From the NCBI GenBank assembly GCA_038087875.1, contig CM075989.1, positions 18,354,001 through 18,418,000 of the forward strand: a DNA stretch of 64,000 nucleotides. Reading direction: 5' to 3'. Position 1 is the stretch's first letter; the number at the start of each line of letters is the position of its first letter. The notes beneath the pieces were generated by a model that did not search any database, was not told where the DNA came from, and saw only the letters and a list, made by a program, of their open reading frames with translations. The position numbers and the translations under genes are program-made. The DNA is from Malacoraja senta. Its lineage: Eukaryota. Shown here one piece after another: positions 12,685 through 25,082 of the stretch.

Positions 12685-13280
12685 CGAGGCATATGGCAAG
12701 CTTGCCTTTGTAGTTTGGGACATTGTGTATAAGAGTCGGGATATCATGATGCAGCTTTATAGGACTTTTGTTAGGCCACATTTAGAATATTGGATGCAGT
12801 TCTGGCCGTCCCATTACAGGAAGGATGTGGAGGCTTTGGAAAAGGTGAAGAGGTTCACCGGAATGTTGCCTGGATATGGGGGTATTAGGTACAGGGAGAG
12901 GTTGGACAAACTTGGATTGTTTTCTCTGGGCGTGGGGGAGACTCAGTGGAAGTATATAACATAAATAGAGTTGACAGTCAGAAGCTTTTCACCCCCATGA
13001 TGAAAACATCAAATACTAAAGGTCATAGCTTTAAGGTGAGAGGGTCAAAGTTGAATGGAGATGAGCGGGGCAACTTTTATTTTACACAGCAGGTGACGAG
13101 TGCCTGGAATGCGCTGCCAATGTTGGTGATTGAGGCAGATATGAGGCTTCTGGATAGGCATATGGATATGCAGAGAATGGAGGGATATGGAGTATGCGCA
13201 GGTAGATAAGCAATGGTCAGCATCATGTTCGGCACAGACATTGTGACCCTGTTCATGTGCTGTACTGTTCTATGTTGTAT
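12685..13280 (+). mobile_element. CR1 LINE 3' fragment
   Basis: Frameshifted ORF2 peptides 'LYRTFVRPHLEY...QFW...YRKDVEALEKV' and 'KGHSFKVRG...FTQQV..AWNALP'. Confidence 0.9.
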
Positions 13281-13439
13281 ATTCTCAGTGTACAATCAAA
13301 CCATGGATAAGTACACCAGGTCTGCAATGAGGTAAATGGGAAGATCAGGACTATACCCTGGCTTATGAGAGAACTGTGCAGTAATCTGATAACAGTGGGA
13401 AACAAGCGGTTCCAGAAAGTTATCTCAGAGTTAGCTCAG

Positions 13440-13690
13440 GAAACTGAACCATCCTACCGCAACCAGAGAGCAGTACTGAACTATCATCTACCTCTTCGGG
13501 GACCCTCGGATTATCTTTGATCCAACTTTGCTGGCTTTACCTTGCACTAAATGTTATTCCCTTATCAAGCTATCAGTACACTGCGAATGGCTCGATTGTA
13601 ATAATGCATTGTCTTTCCGCTGGCAGGTTAGCATTCAACAAAAGCTTTTGACTGTATCTCAGTACACGTGACAATAAACTCAACTGACTT
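13440..13690 (+). mobile_element. Rex1-like LINE 3' tail
   Basis: Recurrent tail ending ...ACACGTGACAATAAACT. Confidence 0.6.
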
Positions 13691-14053
13691 CACACAATAA
13701 TAGTAAACAAATTCTCACTATAATCAAAAAGGCCACTACATGTTTAGGTTTGTTATTGCTACATGCACCGAGGTACAGTCAAAAGCTTTGTTTTGCAATG
13801 CTTTTCAAACACATTTGTGAATACAATCAAGTCAAACTTAAGTATAATAGGTAGAGCCAAAGGAAAGAGATGGAGTGGAAGGTCCATAGACCGACAAAAT
13901 GCTGGAGTAACTCAGCGGGACAGACAGGCAGCATCTCTGGAGAGAAGGAATGGGTGACTTTTCGGGTGGAAACCTTTCTTCAGACTGAAGGTAGACAAAA
14001 TTGCTGGAGAAACTCAGCGGGTGAGGCAGCATCTGTGGAGCAAAGGAATGGGC

Positions 14054-14081
14054 GACGTTTCGGGTCGAGACCCTTCTTCAG
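14054..14081 (-). ncRNA. Minimal hammerhead ribozyme-like motif
   Basis: Minus strand reads CTGAAGA-A-GGGTC-TC-GACCC-GAAA-CGTC. It lies ~100 nt 3' of the GIY-YIG stop on the same strand. Confidence 0.7.
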
Positions 14082-14177
14082 ACTGATGTGTGGGGGGGGG
14101 GGGGTGGCGGGAAGAAGAAAGGAAGAGGCGGAGACAGTGGGCTGTGGGAGAGCTGGGAAGGAGGGAGAAAGCAAGGA

Positions 14178-14575
14178 CTACCTGAAATTGGAGAAGTCAA
14201 TGTTCATACCGCTGGGGTGTAAACTACCCAAGCCATGGAGGAGGGCCAGGAGAGAAAGGTCGGATTCGGAATGGGAGGGGGAGTTGAAGTGCTGAGCCAC
14301 CGGGAGATCAGGTTGGCTATTGCGAACTGAGCGGAGGTGTTGGACGAAGTGATCGCCAAGCCTGCGCTTGGTCTCACCGATGTAGAGCAGTTGACACCTG
14401 GAACAGCGGATGCAATAGGTGAGGTCAGAGGAGGTGCAGGTGAACCTCTGCCTCACCTGGAAAGACTGCTTGGGTCCTTGGATGGAGTCGAGGGGGGAGG
14501 TAAAGCGACAAGTGTAGTATTTCCTGCGGTTGCAAGGGAAAGTACCAGGGGAGGGGGTGGTTTGGGTGGGAAGGG
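14178..14575 (-). pseudogene. Penelope GIY-YIG endonuclease domain remnant
   Basis: 'TYCIRCSRCQLLYIGETKRRLGDHFVQH...PVAQHFN...LGSLHPSGMN'. 5'-truncated, with an internal deletion relative to the copy at 21706. Confidence 0.9.
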
Positions 14576-15220
14576 ACGGATTTCTTCAGACTGAAGGGTG
14601 TCGACCCAAAATGTCCCATTTCCATTTTCTCCAGAGATGCTGCCTGACCCGTTGAGTTACTCCAGCATTTAGTGTCAATCTCCGGTATAACCCAGCATCT
14701 GCAGTTCCTTTTTATAATATCAGTTCCACAGACACAGTCCAATGTGCATCAAAAGGTAGAGAGGTGACTCAGACAGCACCTGAATGCATTACCTGGCCCC
14801 TCGTCTCACTATCAATATAGTATTTCCAATCAATGCCTTTGAAGAAAAATCAAACCTGTCTATTGAGCAGTCAGTTATTGCCATGGCTGTGGTTTGTTGC
14901 CTGTCTGGAATCCAATCGCATGTCTGCTGTGTCAAACCTCTTTCAATGCTGGTTACATGTAACATTCACTTCTTACAGTAATAACCCATCATTTGCTCAG
15001 CGTTGAAAGGCTTGTTAAACACTAAGCAACCACCATGATTTTACCCCAAAATTAAAAATAAAAGCAATCTAAATCCTCGTTTCACGAGTAATTGATGAGC
15101 TTCCCTGTTCTAATTCAGTCGTGGGATATCCCAACTTTGAATTGTTGGGTTGGTTCTTTATTTCACAGAGGTTGGTGCGGCCCTCCTTACAGGCCTTTCC
15201 CTTAAACCACAGAGACAGGA

Positions 15221-15498
15221 TTAGTTTAGTTTAGTTCAGTTTAGTGGTACGGGGTGGAAACAGGCCCTTCGGCCCACCGAGTCCATGGCGACAAGCCGAC
15301 ACACTAGGGGCAGTTTATAGACACCAATTAACCTACAAACCTGTATAACTTTGGAGCGTGGGAGGAAACTGGAGCACCCGGTGAAAGCCCAGGCGGAGAA
15401 TGTACAAACTCTGCATGGACACCGCCCCTAGTCAGGATCGAACTCGGGACGCTGGCGCTGTAAGGCAGCAACTCTACTGCTGCGCCACCCTGCCACCC
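15221..15498 (-). mobile_element. HE1-like V-SINE
   Basis: Reverse match to the recurrent SINE. Confidence 0.85.
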
Positions 15499-15870
15499 TC
15501 AGCGTGGTGGTGTGGTACCAGGAGTGCAGTAAAAGCAGAATTTTGTTATTAAAGGTAATAATTTAAGCATGCTGGCATGACAGACTACTGACAGCACACC
15601 AAGACGTTCTCAGTGGTGACATTAGCAACAGTGACACATTTTGCCAATGTGATACTCACATCCCCACACTTCCTCACAACCATCATCACATTTCAAAAAA
15701 TAATTTCTTGTCCATAAAGGCTTCACTTCAACGAGATTAACAAGTAAAAACTATATAAATTCAATTTTTATATTGACTCATTTTTCAAATTTTCTTTTTG
15801 CAAGTGGAATGACCCTCATTAGAACGAGGTTCCCGAAATTATCAAGGTGATCAGGCATCTGATCACCAAA

Positions 15871-16167
15871 GACGGAACGGTGGCGCTGTGGTAGAGTTGG
15901 TGCCTCACAGCACCAGAGACTCAGGTTCGATCCTGACTATGGGTGCCGTCTGCATGGAGTTTGTAAGTTTTCCTTGTGACCTCGTGGGTTTTCTCCAGGT
16001 GCTCCAGTTTCTTCCCACGTCCCAAAGATGTGCGGATTTATGGGTTAATTGGCCTGTAAATTGTCCCTGGTGTGTCGGATAGAACTAGTGTACGGGTGTT
16101 TGTTGGTCGGCACGGACCCGGTGGGCCGTAGGGTCTGTTTCCGTGCTGTATCTCTAAACTAAACTAA
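15871..16167 (+). mobile_element. HE1-like V-SINE
   Basis: Match to the recurrent SINE. Confidence 0.9.
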
Positions 16168-16489
16168 TCTGAAAGTCGTGAAATATACTATGTTTCCTCA
16201 TATGCAGTGGTAAAAGGCTTTGGATCAATCAATCAATCACTTTACAGTGAATGGGCTGCTCCCATGGCGTTAGTGAGGGGAGGGGACTTGTCTTTCACAC
16301 CGCTTTGTTCTGCACGAACTTATCAATGCTACTCCCGTTTACAAGCACTGGCGCCTTCTTTAGACTTTAGGGATACAGTGTTGAAACAAACCCTTCGGCC
16401 CACCGAGTCCGCGCCGACCAGCGATCACCCCATACACTAGCACCATCCCACACATTAGGGACAATTTATAATTTACAGACGGCATTTAA

Positions 16490-16814
16490 AAAAAAAATAT
16501 ATATATTTTTTTTTTTGTTAGAAGGAAGTACAATAATGTGGTACCACAGTACATAATACTTGTTGACATATTACATTTCATATGCATTTCATGTACGTTT
16601 CATATACAACTTCTTATTTTTAATTTAATGATAAAGCAAGAGTAAGAGAGAAAGGGAGAAAAGAAGAGATTGATATAGAGTGTTGCGTGAAATAGAAAGA
16701 CAGCCCGAGAGAAGAAAGAAGAGAGAAGAAGTAGAAAGAGAAAGAGAAAGAGACGAAATAGAGAAGAAGAAGAAAAAAAAAGGGAAAAAGGAGATTGAAA
16801 GCGATATATCTATT
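16490..16814 (-). mobile_element. 5'-truncated poly(A) retroposon (L1-like 3' UTR) nested in a SINE (16359-17004, -)
   Basis: ~21-bp duplication TAATTTACAGACG(G/C)CATTTAA at 16469-16489 and 16815-16835. The pyrimidine-rich UTR and A-tail on the minus strand resemble 42540-42851. Confidence 0.75.
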
Positions 16815-17681
16815 TAATTTACAGACGCCATTTAACCTACAATCCTGAACGTCTTTGGGGAGTGGAAGAAAACTGGAACACCCAGGGAAAACCCACGTGG
16901 TCTCAGGGAGAACGTACAAACTCCGGTGAGACAGCACCTATAGTCAGGATCGCACCCAGCTCTCTGGCACTGTAAGGCAGCAACTTTACCGCTGCACGAC
17001 TGCCTTGGACGTTCTTCCTACTGTAAATAAAATATATCACGCAAATTCACCCTACTGCGAATGTCGGTGTGGTGACTGCTGAACCGATGCTGCAATGTGT
17101 GGAGTTTGCACGTTCGCCCTGTGACCGTGTGGGTTTCCTCCGGGTGCCCCAGGATCCACCCACATCCCAAAGAAGTACGGTTTTGTAGGTTAAATGGCCT
17201 CTGTAAATTGCCCCTGGTGTATAGAAAACGGGTGTAAAAGTGGGATAACATAGAACAAGTGTGTATGGTGATCAGAGTTGACCCAGTGGGCCAAAGGGCT
17301 TGATTTGATGCTGTATCTTTCAATCAATCCATTCAATTAATTGCCTACGATGTTCAAGCTATTCCTGTAATGAAGGCAGGCATCCTAATGCCTTCTTGAC
17401 CATCTCATCCACCTGTGCTTCATCAAGACTTGAATGGTGCCCCTGTTCCTCAGGACTGCCTGGGGCTCCACCATTCACCGTGTATATCCTCTTGTGTTCA
17501 GGGTTCATCCTGCAGTTTGATTTTTGGGAAACATCTCCTCTGGCCTTCAACTTTTATCCACAATTAAGCCCACCAAGCCATCCAGTGTTACACCTCCCAC
17601 CCACCCTCCTGAATGACTTGAGAACTCATCACATCTTTTAGTGCTTCATTAACTCCACTGAGTCAAAGAAACTGATTAAAA

Positions 17682-17803
17682 GGTATTGGAGACAATGTAA
17701 TAATAATTGACAATATTATCAATTTAAAAATGTAAGACTGTAATGATGTAAATAGGTTGTGTACTTATCTCCAATAAAAAATATTAAAAAAAAAAATTAA
17801 AAA
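17682..17803 (+). mobile_element. Very short poly(A) retroposon insertion
   Basis: AATAAA plus A-tail. Perfect 17-bp TSD AAAGAAACTGATTAAAA at 17665-17681 and 17804-17820. Confidence 0.85.
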
Positions 17804-20026
17804 AAAGAAACTGATTAAAATATTCAGTCAGAGACATGTTTTTATTATTAGAGGCCTACATTTGTGGCACTGAACTCCCAAAAGCATATATAGATTCTTG
17901 GTTGTACAAAGCCTTTCTTTTTCCTACCCCCCCCCCCCCCCCCCACCTCATCATCTACTTTCAGTCTGAAGAAGGGTTCCGACCCAAGAAACGTCTCCAA
18001 TCCTCTTTCTCCAGAGATGCTGCCTGACCCACCAAGTTGCTCCAGCTGTCGAGATTCCAGATATCTGTCGAGAGTCAAGATAACTCTCCCCCTCTGCTAC
18101 TCCAAACCTTGATGTTTCAGTAACTGACATAACCCGGCCGTTGCAGTGCGGGAGAGGGGAAATATATATTCAGTGAAGTTTCGTAATCCACGTTAAATGA
18201 TCTGGTTTAGATTTCAAATTTCATTTATGTAAATTATTCATGCAAATGGATTTTAGCATGGGTGCATACGATACAGTTTGTGCGTCTACCGCGGCAGCTA
18301 GATCATCCGTTTACAAAGTAGAAGCGTCTAAACCAGTTGTGGGAGTAGATCAATATGCATGAATTTCACATTCTTTATATTCAAACTGCAGCAATTCATA
18401 GTCCCAGGCTGAGGGATCCTTGCACAAAGCAAATAGCTTTAAAAAAAAAGAAGTTGTTCCACAACATAAGCAGATCATGAAAAGAGGCAATTATATACAT
18501 ACAAGATCCCAGAGGGGAAAATAGGTTGGATCCCTCCCTCGCTTTAGTTAGCTTCACAATTCACATTAACATTTTTTGTGTACCCAGAACTGCTGCTAGG
18601 CAATGACGCCACATACCTCTGGCACAAGTGGGAATGAATGCAGGCGAGTGGCAGATCATTTCATTTCATTTGCATATCATTTCAGAAATTAGCAAAGGAA
18701 ATAATCTTTGAGATGCGCAGGTGTACAGGCCCCCATTTTACAGTACTGAAGTGAACCCCGTTTTACTGACCCTGCGATTAAGTATACTAAAACTGTCCCC
18801 CAAAAGGGTGAAAAAGGATCAGGAAACACGCAAAAAGGGATAAGATAAATTATCAGCAGGTCGACACAAAACGCTGGAGTAACTCAGCGGGTCAGGCAGC
18901 ATAGGCTGACACAAAATGCTGGAGTACTCAGCAGGACAGGCAGCATCTCTGGAGGAAAGGAATAGGTGGCGTTTCGCGTCGAGACCCTTCTTCAGACTGA
19001 GAGTCAGGGGAAGAGGGATACTGGAGGTATGAGGAGGTACAAAGCACAAAATAATTAACAAGCAGGAAACTAATGAATAAATATTAGTAAGTATAGGTTG
19101 TGTTGTCAGTCATTCCCAAGCAGAACTGCTCCGATCCACCACAAATTTATATTGTCTTATCCGCTCGGTTTTAAAACAGAGAATATACTTTATTAAAGCT
19201 CCAACATATTGTGAAATAAAATGGGAGTTCTGGCTCAGTGTGAATGCACTTGCAAAAGATATACAGTGTCTGGTGCCCTCATTTGGCGGCTCATGACCTT
19301 GCTTCATCTACCCATCTCAAAGCTCTTGCACTTTCTTCTTTACATCAGTCACTTAGCTGAAGGCTATGGCAGCATAAGGCAAGCTCAGGCTGGCTCAGTA
19401 GCAGGGTAGTAGCACAGTCACCTCACACATCAATGGCTGCAGGTTTGAATACCTGCAAGGCCACCAATTCCCAGGCTGCAAACGGTAGACACAAAATGCT
19501 GGAGTAACTCAGCGGGACAGGCAGCTTCTTTGGGTAGAAGGAATGGGTGACGTTTCGGGTCGAGACCCTTCTTCAGTCTGCCTTTCAGATTTCCAGGCTG
19601 CCTTCCCCAGATGCTCACATCCAGGGATAACGTCTAGAGGCCCTGTAATTCATTCCTGTGCTCATTAAAGTGAACAATGCCAAGACAAGGTAACAATAAC
19701 TTGCCCAGATTCAAGTCCCAGCACCAACACTGGATACTCAAAGCATCTGCCAGCTCGAGGGCAAAAACATTCCGACTGTTCCAACAGTGTGCAGTAATCC
19801 TAACCTTGGAAAAATGGCTCCTGCTGAACCACTGCACATTTTTAATCACTACTTGCAGCTGGCTTCCTCAAGGCTTCTCTGAAGGAGGCGCCCTACCACC
19901 TACCAATCGAGTGCTATGTTCAGAATAGTTGCGAGCTGCAGAACAGCTCCATAAATATACAATTAAGTTTCTCGGGATGAACTCAAGTATCACATACATT
20001 TTTAAGTAAAGGTGCTCTCTTTTATT

Positions 20027-20328
20027 TTTAGTTTAGTTTAGAGATACTGCGAGGAAACAGGCCCTTCGGCCCACCAGGTCCGTGCTGACCAGCGATCCCT
20101 GCACACTAACACCACCCTTCATACATTAGGGACAATTTACATTATACCAAGCCAAATAGCCTACAAACCTGTACGTCTTTGGAGTTTTGGGAGGAAACCG
20201 GAGCACCTGGAGAAAACCCACGCAGGTCATGGGGAAAATGGACGAACTTCGTACGGACATGTCAGGATTGAACCTGGGTCTCTGGCACTGTAAGGCAGCA
20301 ACTCTACCCCTTCATCACCATGCCACCC
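20027..20328 (-). mobile_element. HE1-like V-SINE
   Basis: Reverse match to the recurrent SINE. Confidence 0.9.
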
Positions 20329-20445
20329 TCTGGAGAAAGAACGTAGGTTTAACAAAACTCTTAACTTTGTTCATTAAAGGGGGATGGGTCAGGTTCACCT
20401 CCTTGCTAAAAGAACTCACAAAACTAAACTGGGACATTGGCATAA

Positions 20446-20825
20446 GGGCAGCATGTTGGCACAGGGGTAGTTGGTGCTTACACCGCCAGAGGCCCGGGTT
20501 CGATCCTGACTATGGGTGCTGTCTATCCGTCTGTCTGTACAGAGGTTGCACATTTTCCCTGTGACCACGTGGGCTTTCTCCGGGAGCTCCAGTTTCCTCC
20601 CACACTGGTTTGTAGGGTGACACAAAATGCTGGAGTAACTCAGCGGGACGGGCATCCTCTCTGGAGAGAAGGAATGGGTGACGTTTCAGGTCGAGTCCCC
20701 TCTTCCGACTTTGTTCTTCATTTGTAGGTTAATTGCCTTCAGTAAAAATTGTAAGTTGTCCTTAGCGTTTAGTGCCCATGGACTCCACGGGCCGTTGCAC
20801 CTGTTTCCTCAGTGTATCTCTAAAT
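20446..20825 (+). mobile_element. HE1-like V-SINE interrupted by a Penelope unit (20617-20720)
   Basis: SINE halves flank the insert. TTTGTAGG is duplicated at 20609-20616 and 20721-20728. Confidence 0.8.
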
Positions 20826-20924
20826 TGATTGATTAGTTGGACTGGATGTTACAATCCCTAAGGTTTTTCACAATTGACATTTGGTATTCTTGGGGGTGAC
20901 CACTAGGTGATGTTGCTACCAATC

Positions 20925-21200
20925 AGACACATCTTCAGTTGTGTACCTCAACGTCACTGGGTGTTTCGGCCTTTTATCACAAGACATCCTCAGTCGAGGC
21001 AGGCCCACCGCAGGGTGATCAGCCCTGGGTGTGTGTCTTATGGTTAGCCTCTAGATGGGCACGTGGCAGCCCAGACAGCATCTTTTCTCTTCAACCACAG
21101 CCAGCTCGGCTTTTTTCCTTCCATCTTCCTCTCTACCGCTGACTGTGGCTGGTTGGGCTCTGGACCCGTGTCCGTTGGTGGGACAGTACTTGGTTGAGCT
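20925..21200 (-). mobile_element. Hero-like non-LTR retrotransposon 3' end
   Basis: Minus peptide 'SWLWLKRKDAVW' before the stop, and UTR 'CTGATCACCC...CCGAAACACCC...ACTGAAGATGTGTC'. Both resemble recalled Hero 3' ends. Confidence 0.5.
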
Positions 21201-21496
21201 TCACCTGGGGTGCTGATGCCCTGTGGACTGTGGTGGTTAACCTGCCACTCAAGTCTACAGTAAAGACACATTCTTGTCCATACCGATTGTTTAAAATTAA
21301 AGCCACAACTTTAGATGAATCCAAGACCCTAAATGGTGCCGTGGGATTCTCATTTACTTCACGATCAGCCAGAGACAGATCAGATCTGGTGGCGATACAG
21401 TTTCCCAGGTTAGCGTTGGTTTATTATTATCACTTGTACTGGGACACACAGTGAAAAGCTTTTGTTTGCGTGCTATCCAGTCAAGTTATACTGCAG

Positions 21497-22007
21497 GTTC
21501 ACAAAAATGCTGGAGAAACTCAGCGGGTGCAGCAGCATCTATGGAGCGAAGGAAATAGGCAACGTTTCGGGCCGAAACCCTTCTTCAGACTGATAGGGGG
21601 TGGGGAGAAGAAAGGAAAAAAGGAAAAAGGCGGAGGAGGAGCCCGAGGGCTGGGGGAGGGGAGGAGACAACCAGAGGGCTGATGAAGGGGAGGGGACCGC
21701 AAGGGCTAGCAGAATTGAGAGAATTCAATTTTCAAGCCCCCAGGATGTAGACTACCCAAGCGGAATATGAGGTGTATTTCCTCCAATTTACGGTGTTGCT
21801 CGCTGTGGCCATGGAGGAGACCCAGGACAGAGAGGTCAGATACGGAATGGGAGGGGGAGTTGAAGTGCTGAGCCACCGGGAGGTCAAGTTGGTTATTGCG
21901 GACTGACCGGAGGTGTTCGGCGAAACGATCGCCAAGCCTCCGCTTGGTCTCACCGATGTAGATCAGCTTACATCTAGAGCAGCGGATGCAATAGATGAGG
22001 TTGCAGA
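21497..22007 (-). mobile_element. Penelope-like element 3' portion with GIY-YIG remnant (21706-~22007)
   Basis: 'NLIYCIRCSRCKLIYIGETKRRLGDRFAEH...EEIHLIFRLGSLHPGGL', followed by a terminal repeat with a variant hammerhead motif at ~21561-21588. Confidence 0.9.
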
Positions 22008-22076
22008 TGGGTGCAGTCATGCACAAGTACAAAAAGTCGTGCAAAGCGAAAAATATTAGAGAGAATATCGTTTTTA

Positions 22077-22750
22077 GTCTGAAGAAGGGTCTCGACCCGA
22101 AACGTCACCCATTCCTTCTCTCCAGAGATGCTGCCTGTCCCGCTGAGTTACTCCAGCTTTGTGTCTGTCTTCATCATATAGTTTTTAGGATTGTGGAGTT
22201 ACAGTTACAGAGAAAAGGTCAAAGGTCTGTAATCAGGACTACATCTGATGATCACAAAAAGTTCTGGAGTAACTCAGCGGGTCAGGCAGCATCTCTGAAG
22301 AACATGGATTAGTGACAGGGAGGGACCCTTCTTCAGAATAAAGGATAGGTGACGTTTCAGGCCAGGACCCTTTTTCAGATCCGCTGAGTTACTCCAGCAC
22401 TTTGTGTCTATCTTTGGCATGAACCAGCATCTGCAGTACTTTCTTTCTACTTAAATCTATGTCCTCCTATTGTCAATCAACTTCAGATTGAACGTGGGAG
22501 CAAAGAACCGCAGATGCTGGTTTACAAAAAAGGACACAAATTGCTGGAGTAACTCAACAGGTCAGGCGGCATCCGTGGAGAACTTGGATAGGTGACGTTT
22601 TGGGTCGGACCCTTCAGTTAGTCTGACAGAAAGGTCCTGACCCGACACGTCACCTATCCATGTTCTCCACGGATGCTGCCTGACCCGCTGAGTTACTCCA
22701 GCACTTTGTGTCCTTTTTTGTAAACCAACATCTGCAGTTCCTTGTCTCTA
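22077..22750. mobile_element. Cluster of short Penelope terminal-repeat units in alternating orientation
   Basis: At least five partial copies of the recurrent ~130-bp unit. Confidence 0.8.
22079..22106 (+). ncRNA. Minimal hammerhead ribozyme-like motif (intact consensus copy)
   Basis: CTGAAGA-A-GGGTC-TC-GACCC-GAAA-CGTC. Identical copies at 38418-38445 (+) and 19549-19576 (-). Confidence 0.65.
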
Positions 22751-24863
22751 TATCCGATTGCTCTGGTTGGGTGGTTCTAGATCAGCGTCCCGCCGATAAG
22801 TAGCTGAGCATTGTCCCAGCGTGACAGGAGTTTGAGGAGTTTAGGGGTAGTTTTGTCAATCCTCGCCCCAGTACAAGGCAGGCAGAAATCAGTGGCCTCA
22901 ACTCCCCTGTGTATGCTTCTGCTGCTATGTCGATCAGCTCCCTTTCAGGGATTTGAGTTTTAATCTGTTTTCGCCATGGCAGGAAGTCATTAAATCAATG
23001 TATCCCCACAGGCTCACTCTTCCCTCCACTCTCTCTGGTCCACATCCTGCTCTTGTCTCCTTCCCACGCCCTCACCGTGCTTTGTGCTGCTTCATATAAT
23101 GCATTTGGTGTCCTAATCACTTCCATTTCCTCATAAATGCTGTCACGCTCCTCTCTTTGCCTCCATTACATACTTGGAAACAAAGGTAGGAATACACTTT
23201 ACTTTCTATCGCTGGTCTTTTTAAAGAAACAATAATGGCTGCTGCCTACCATCCAGTTTGTTACTTTCACTGATCACAAATCACTTTCTCCATTGACATC
23301 AGAGGCTGTCTTCTATCACGTAACTTATCGTTATCTTGTTTGAGGCTCGGCTATTGTCTGGTGACGGATTCACTCCAGCTGTTCTCATAAATGACTTCTG
23401 ACATTATTCTCTCCCCATTCTTAATATCCTCATTACACAGAGCATCTGTTGTGGCTATTGTTCCATTCTGATCACATCGCAACGCCCTGGAATGTAGGTT
23501 TACACACGGAAAGGAGAAGGAGATACTTGCAAGTATCTGATGGTCCCACTTAGACCAGAGGCACCAGCAATAACCAGGGGGGTGGGGGTGGGTATTTAAT
23601 CAAAGGCGCCAACACTAAAGACAGGCTCAAAGTAAGATTTTTATAAATTCCTTTTTCTGAAGATGCTGATTTGTAAGACAAATGTGGCCTTTATCAAATA
23701 AGATATCATGTGGCCAAAAGTGGCAGACTGCTTCTCTGAGTGAGAATAGCCAAGTAGCAATAATGCAATATCCCTCCCACCCTGTCTACAATGGCTTATT
23801 TACAGCTTGTTTGGAAGCTTCAGAGTTCCAGTAGCCACAGTAATATTGATGAGATAAAGACAAGAAAGGCTTTATCGCACAGGGATACGCAGATGTTGAA
23901 GCTTCTTTAAGACAAGGAATGATCTGGAGGTCAATATTCTTTTTCTCCTATTGAGAAATATCTGAAGAGCCTCTTCATAAATGGATCCATCATTCAGGTC
24001 TCTTGTACAGGCTCAGGATCTGTGGAAAATGCAGAGAATTCTTCTGAACAAAATGAAGGATATAGAACAAAGCTTCTAAGAGGCAACTTTGCAAATGAGG
24101 GCATCTTGGAAGGTCAGAAGAGTCAATTAACGCAAGAATGTCTGAAAACAAGGAAAGACAGGGGCCAGATAGTTCCTTGGATGAGTCATGCTCCAGGATC
24201 ACAACTTCACATGAAGTGAAACTGAAAAGCCAACTGTGGCCAAGAGATGAGGGAACAGTGAGTAACGGGAAGACACGAGAGTGAAACTGTTAGATGATGG
24301 ACTATCACCAAAGGCAAAGAGATCACCAAAAGTCTGAGGAGTCACACAGAGAATTAATAGCTAGGAATACTGAAAGCGATATCACACTGTGATTACGTTC
24401 ACTCAAATACTATGGTATTACAATAAAGTCAATGCCCAGAAATGTGGTACTGGACTGTACAAAACACTTACTGCAAAACAACAAACTTGAACGACCTTAT
24501 TATTAACGTCTCCTAATTGTACGTAATTCCAGCTCATTTCTTCTGGCCACCATTCCTAAGATCCAGCATTTGTACGATGCATGCACCAATAATCACAATA
24601 AGACACCAATCACATGTTCTAAATGGAAGCAACTGGGATTCATTTGAACTGCTCCCAAATGCATCACTTTACCTACTGGAAGTTTCATCTCAGAGGCTTA
24701 GTCTGGATACTTTGCTAAATGTGCAGGATATTTTCACACTTGAGCGTTTAACTTTTATCAACTTCTAATGTTACTGTAAAAAATATAAATTTTCACCAGT
24801 CCAAAGTGTTTTATAGTCATATGTCCCAGGCAGAATAACAGTTAGCTACTATCCAATTTCTAT

Positions 24864-25082
24864 TCAAAAGACATAAAGTACTGGAGTAACTCAGAAGGTC
24901 AGATAGCATCTCTGGAGAACATGGATGGATGATGTTTCGTTTCAGGTCTGAAGAAGGGTATCGACCCAAAACATCACATCACCTATCCATGTTCTCCAGA
25001 GATGCTGCCTGACCTGTTGAGTTACTCCAGCACTTTGTGTCCTTTTGTATATCAACCAGCATCTGTAGTACTTGGTCTCTAC
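24864..25082. mobile_element. Fold-back Penelope-derived unit
   Basis: Inverted halves. ATC(C/T)AATTTCTAT is duplicated at 24851-24863 and 25083-25095. Confidence 0.75.

Larger units (their letters stand above)
13887..14710 (-). mobile_element. Penelope-like element (probably Neptune group): 3' portion with tandem terminal repeats and an inverted terminal repeat at its truncated 5' end
   Basis: GIY-YIG remnant, an upstream Cys linker (PGTFPCNRRKYYTC), two downstream terminal repeats and an inverted copy at ~14580-14710. Confidence 0.85.

Noticed and set aside
20952..20993. Second hammerhead-like motif (CTGAGGA...GAAAC, minus strand)
   Set aside because: It lacks the required U-H cleavage triplet and helix I, so it is probably coincidental.
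24011..24219. Plus-strand exon-like ORF after a ttgtacag acceptor
   Set aside because: No recognisable homology or partner exons. It is short and runs opposite to the inferred gene.
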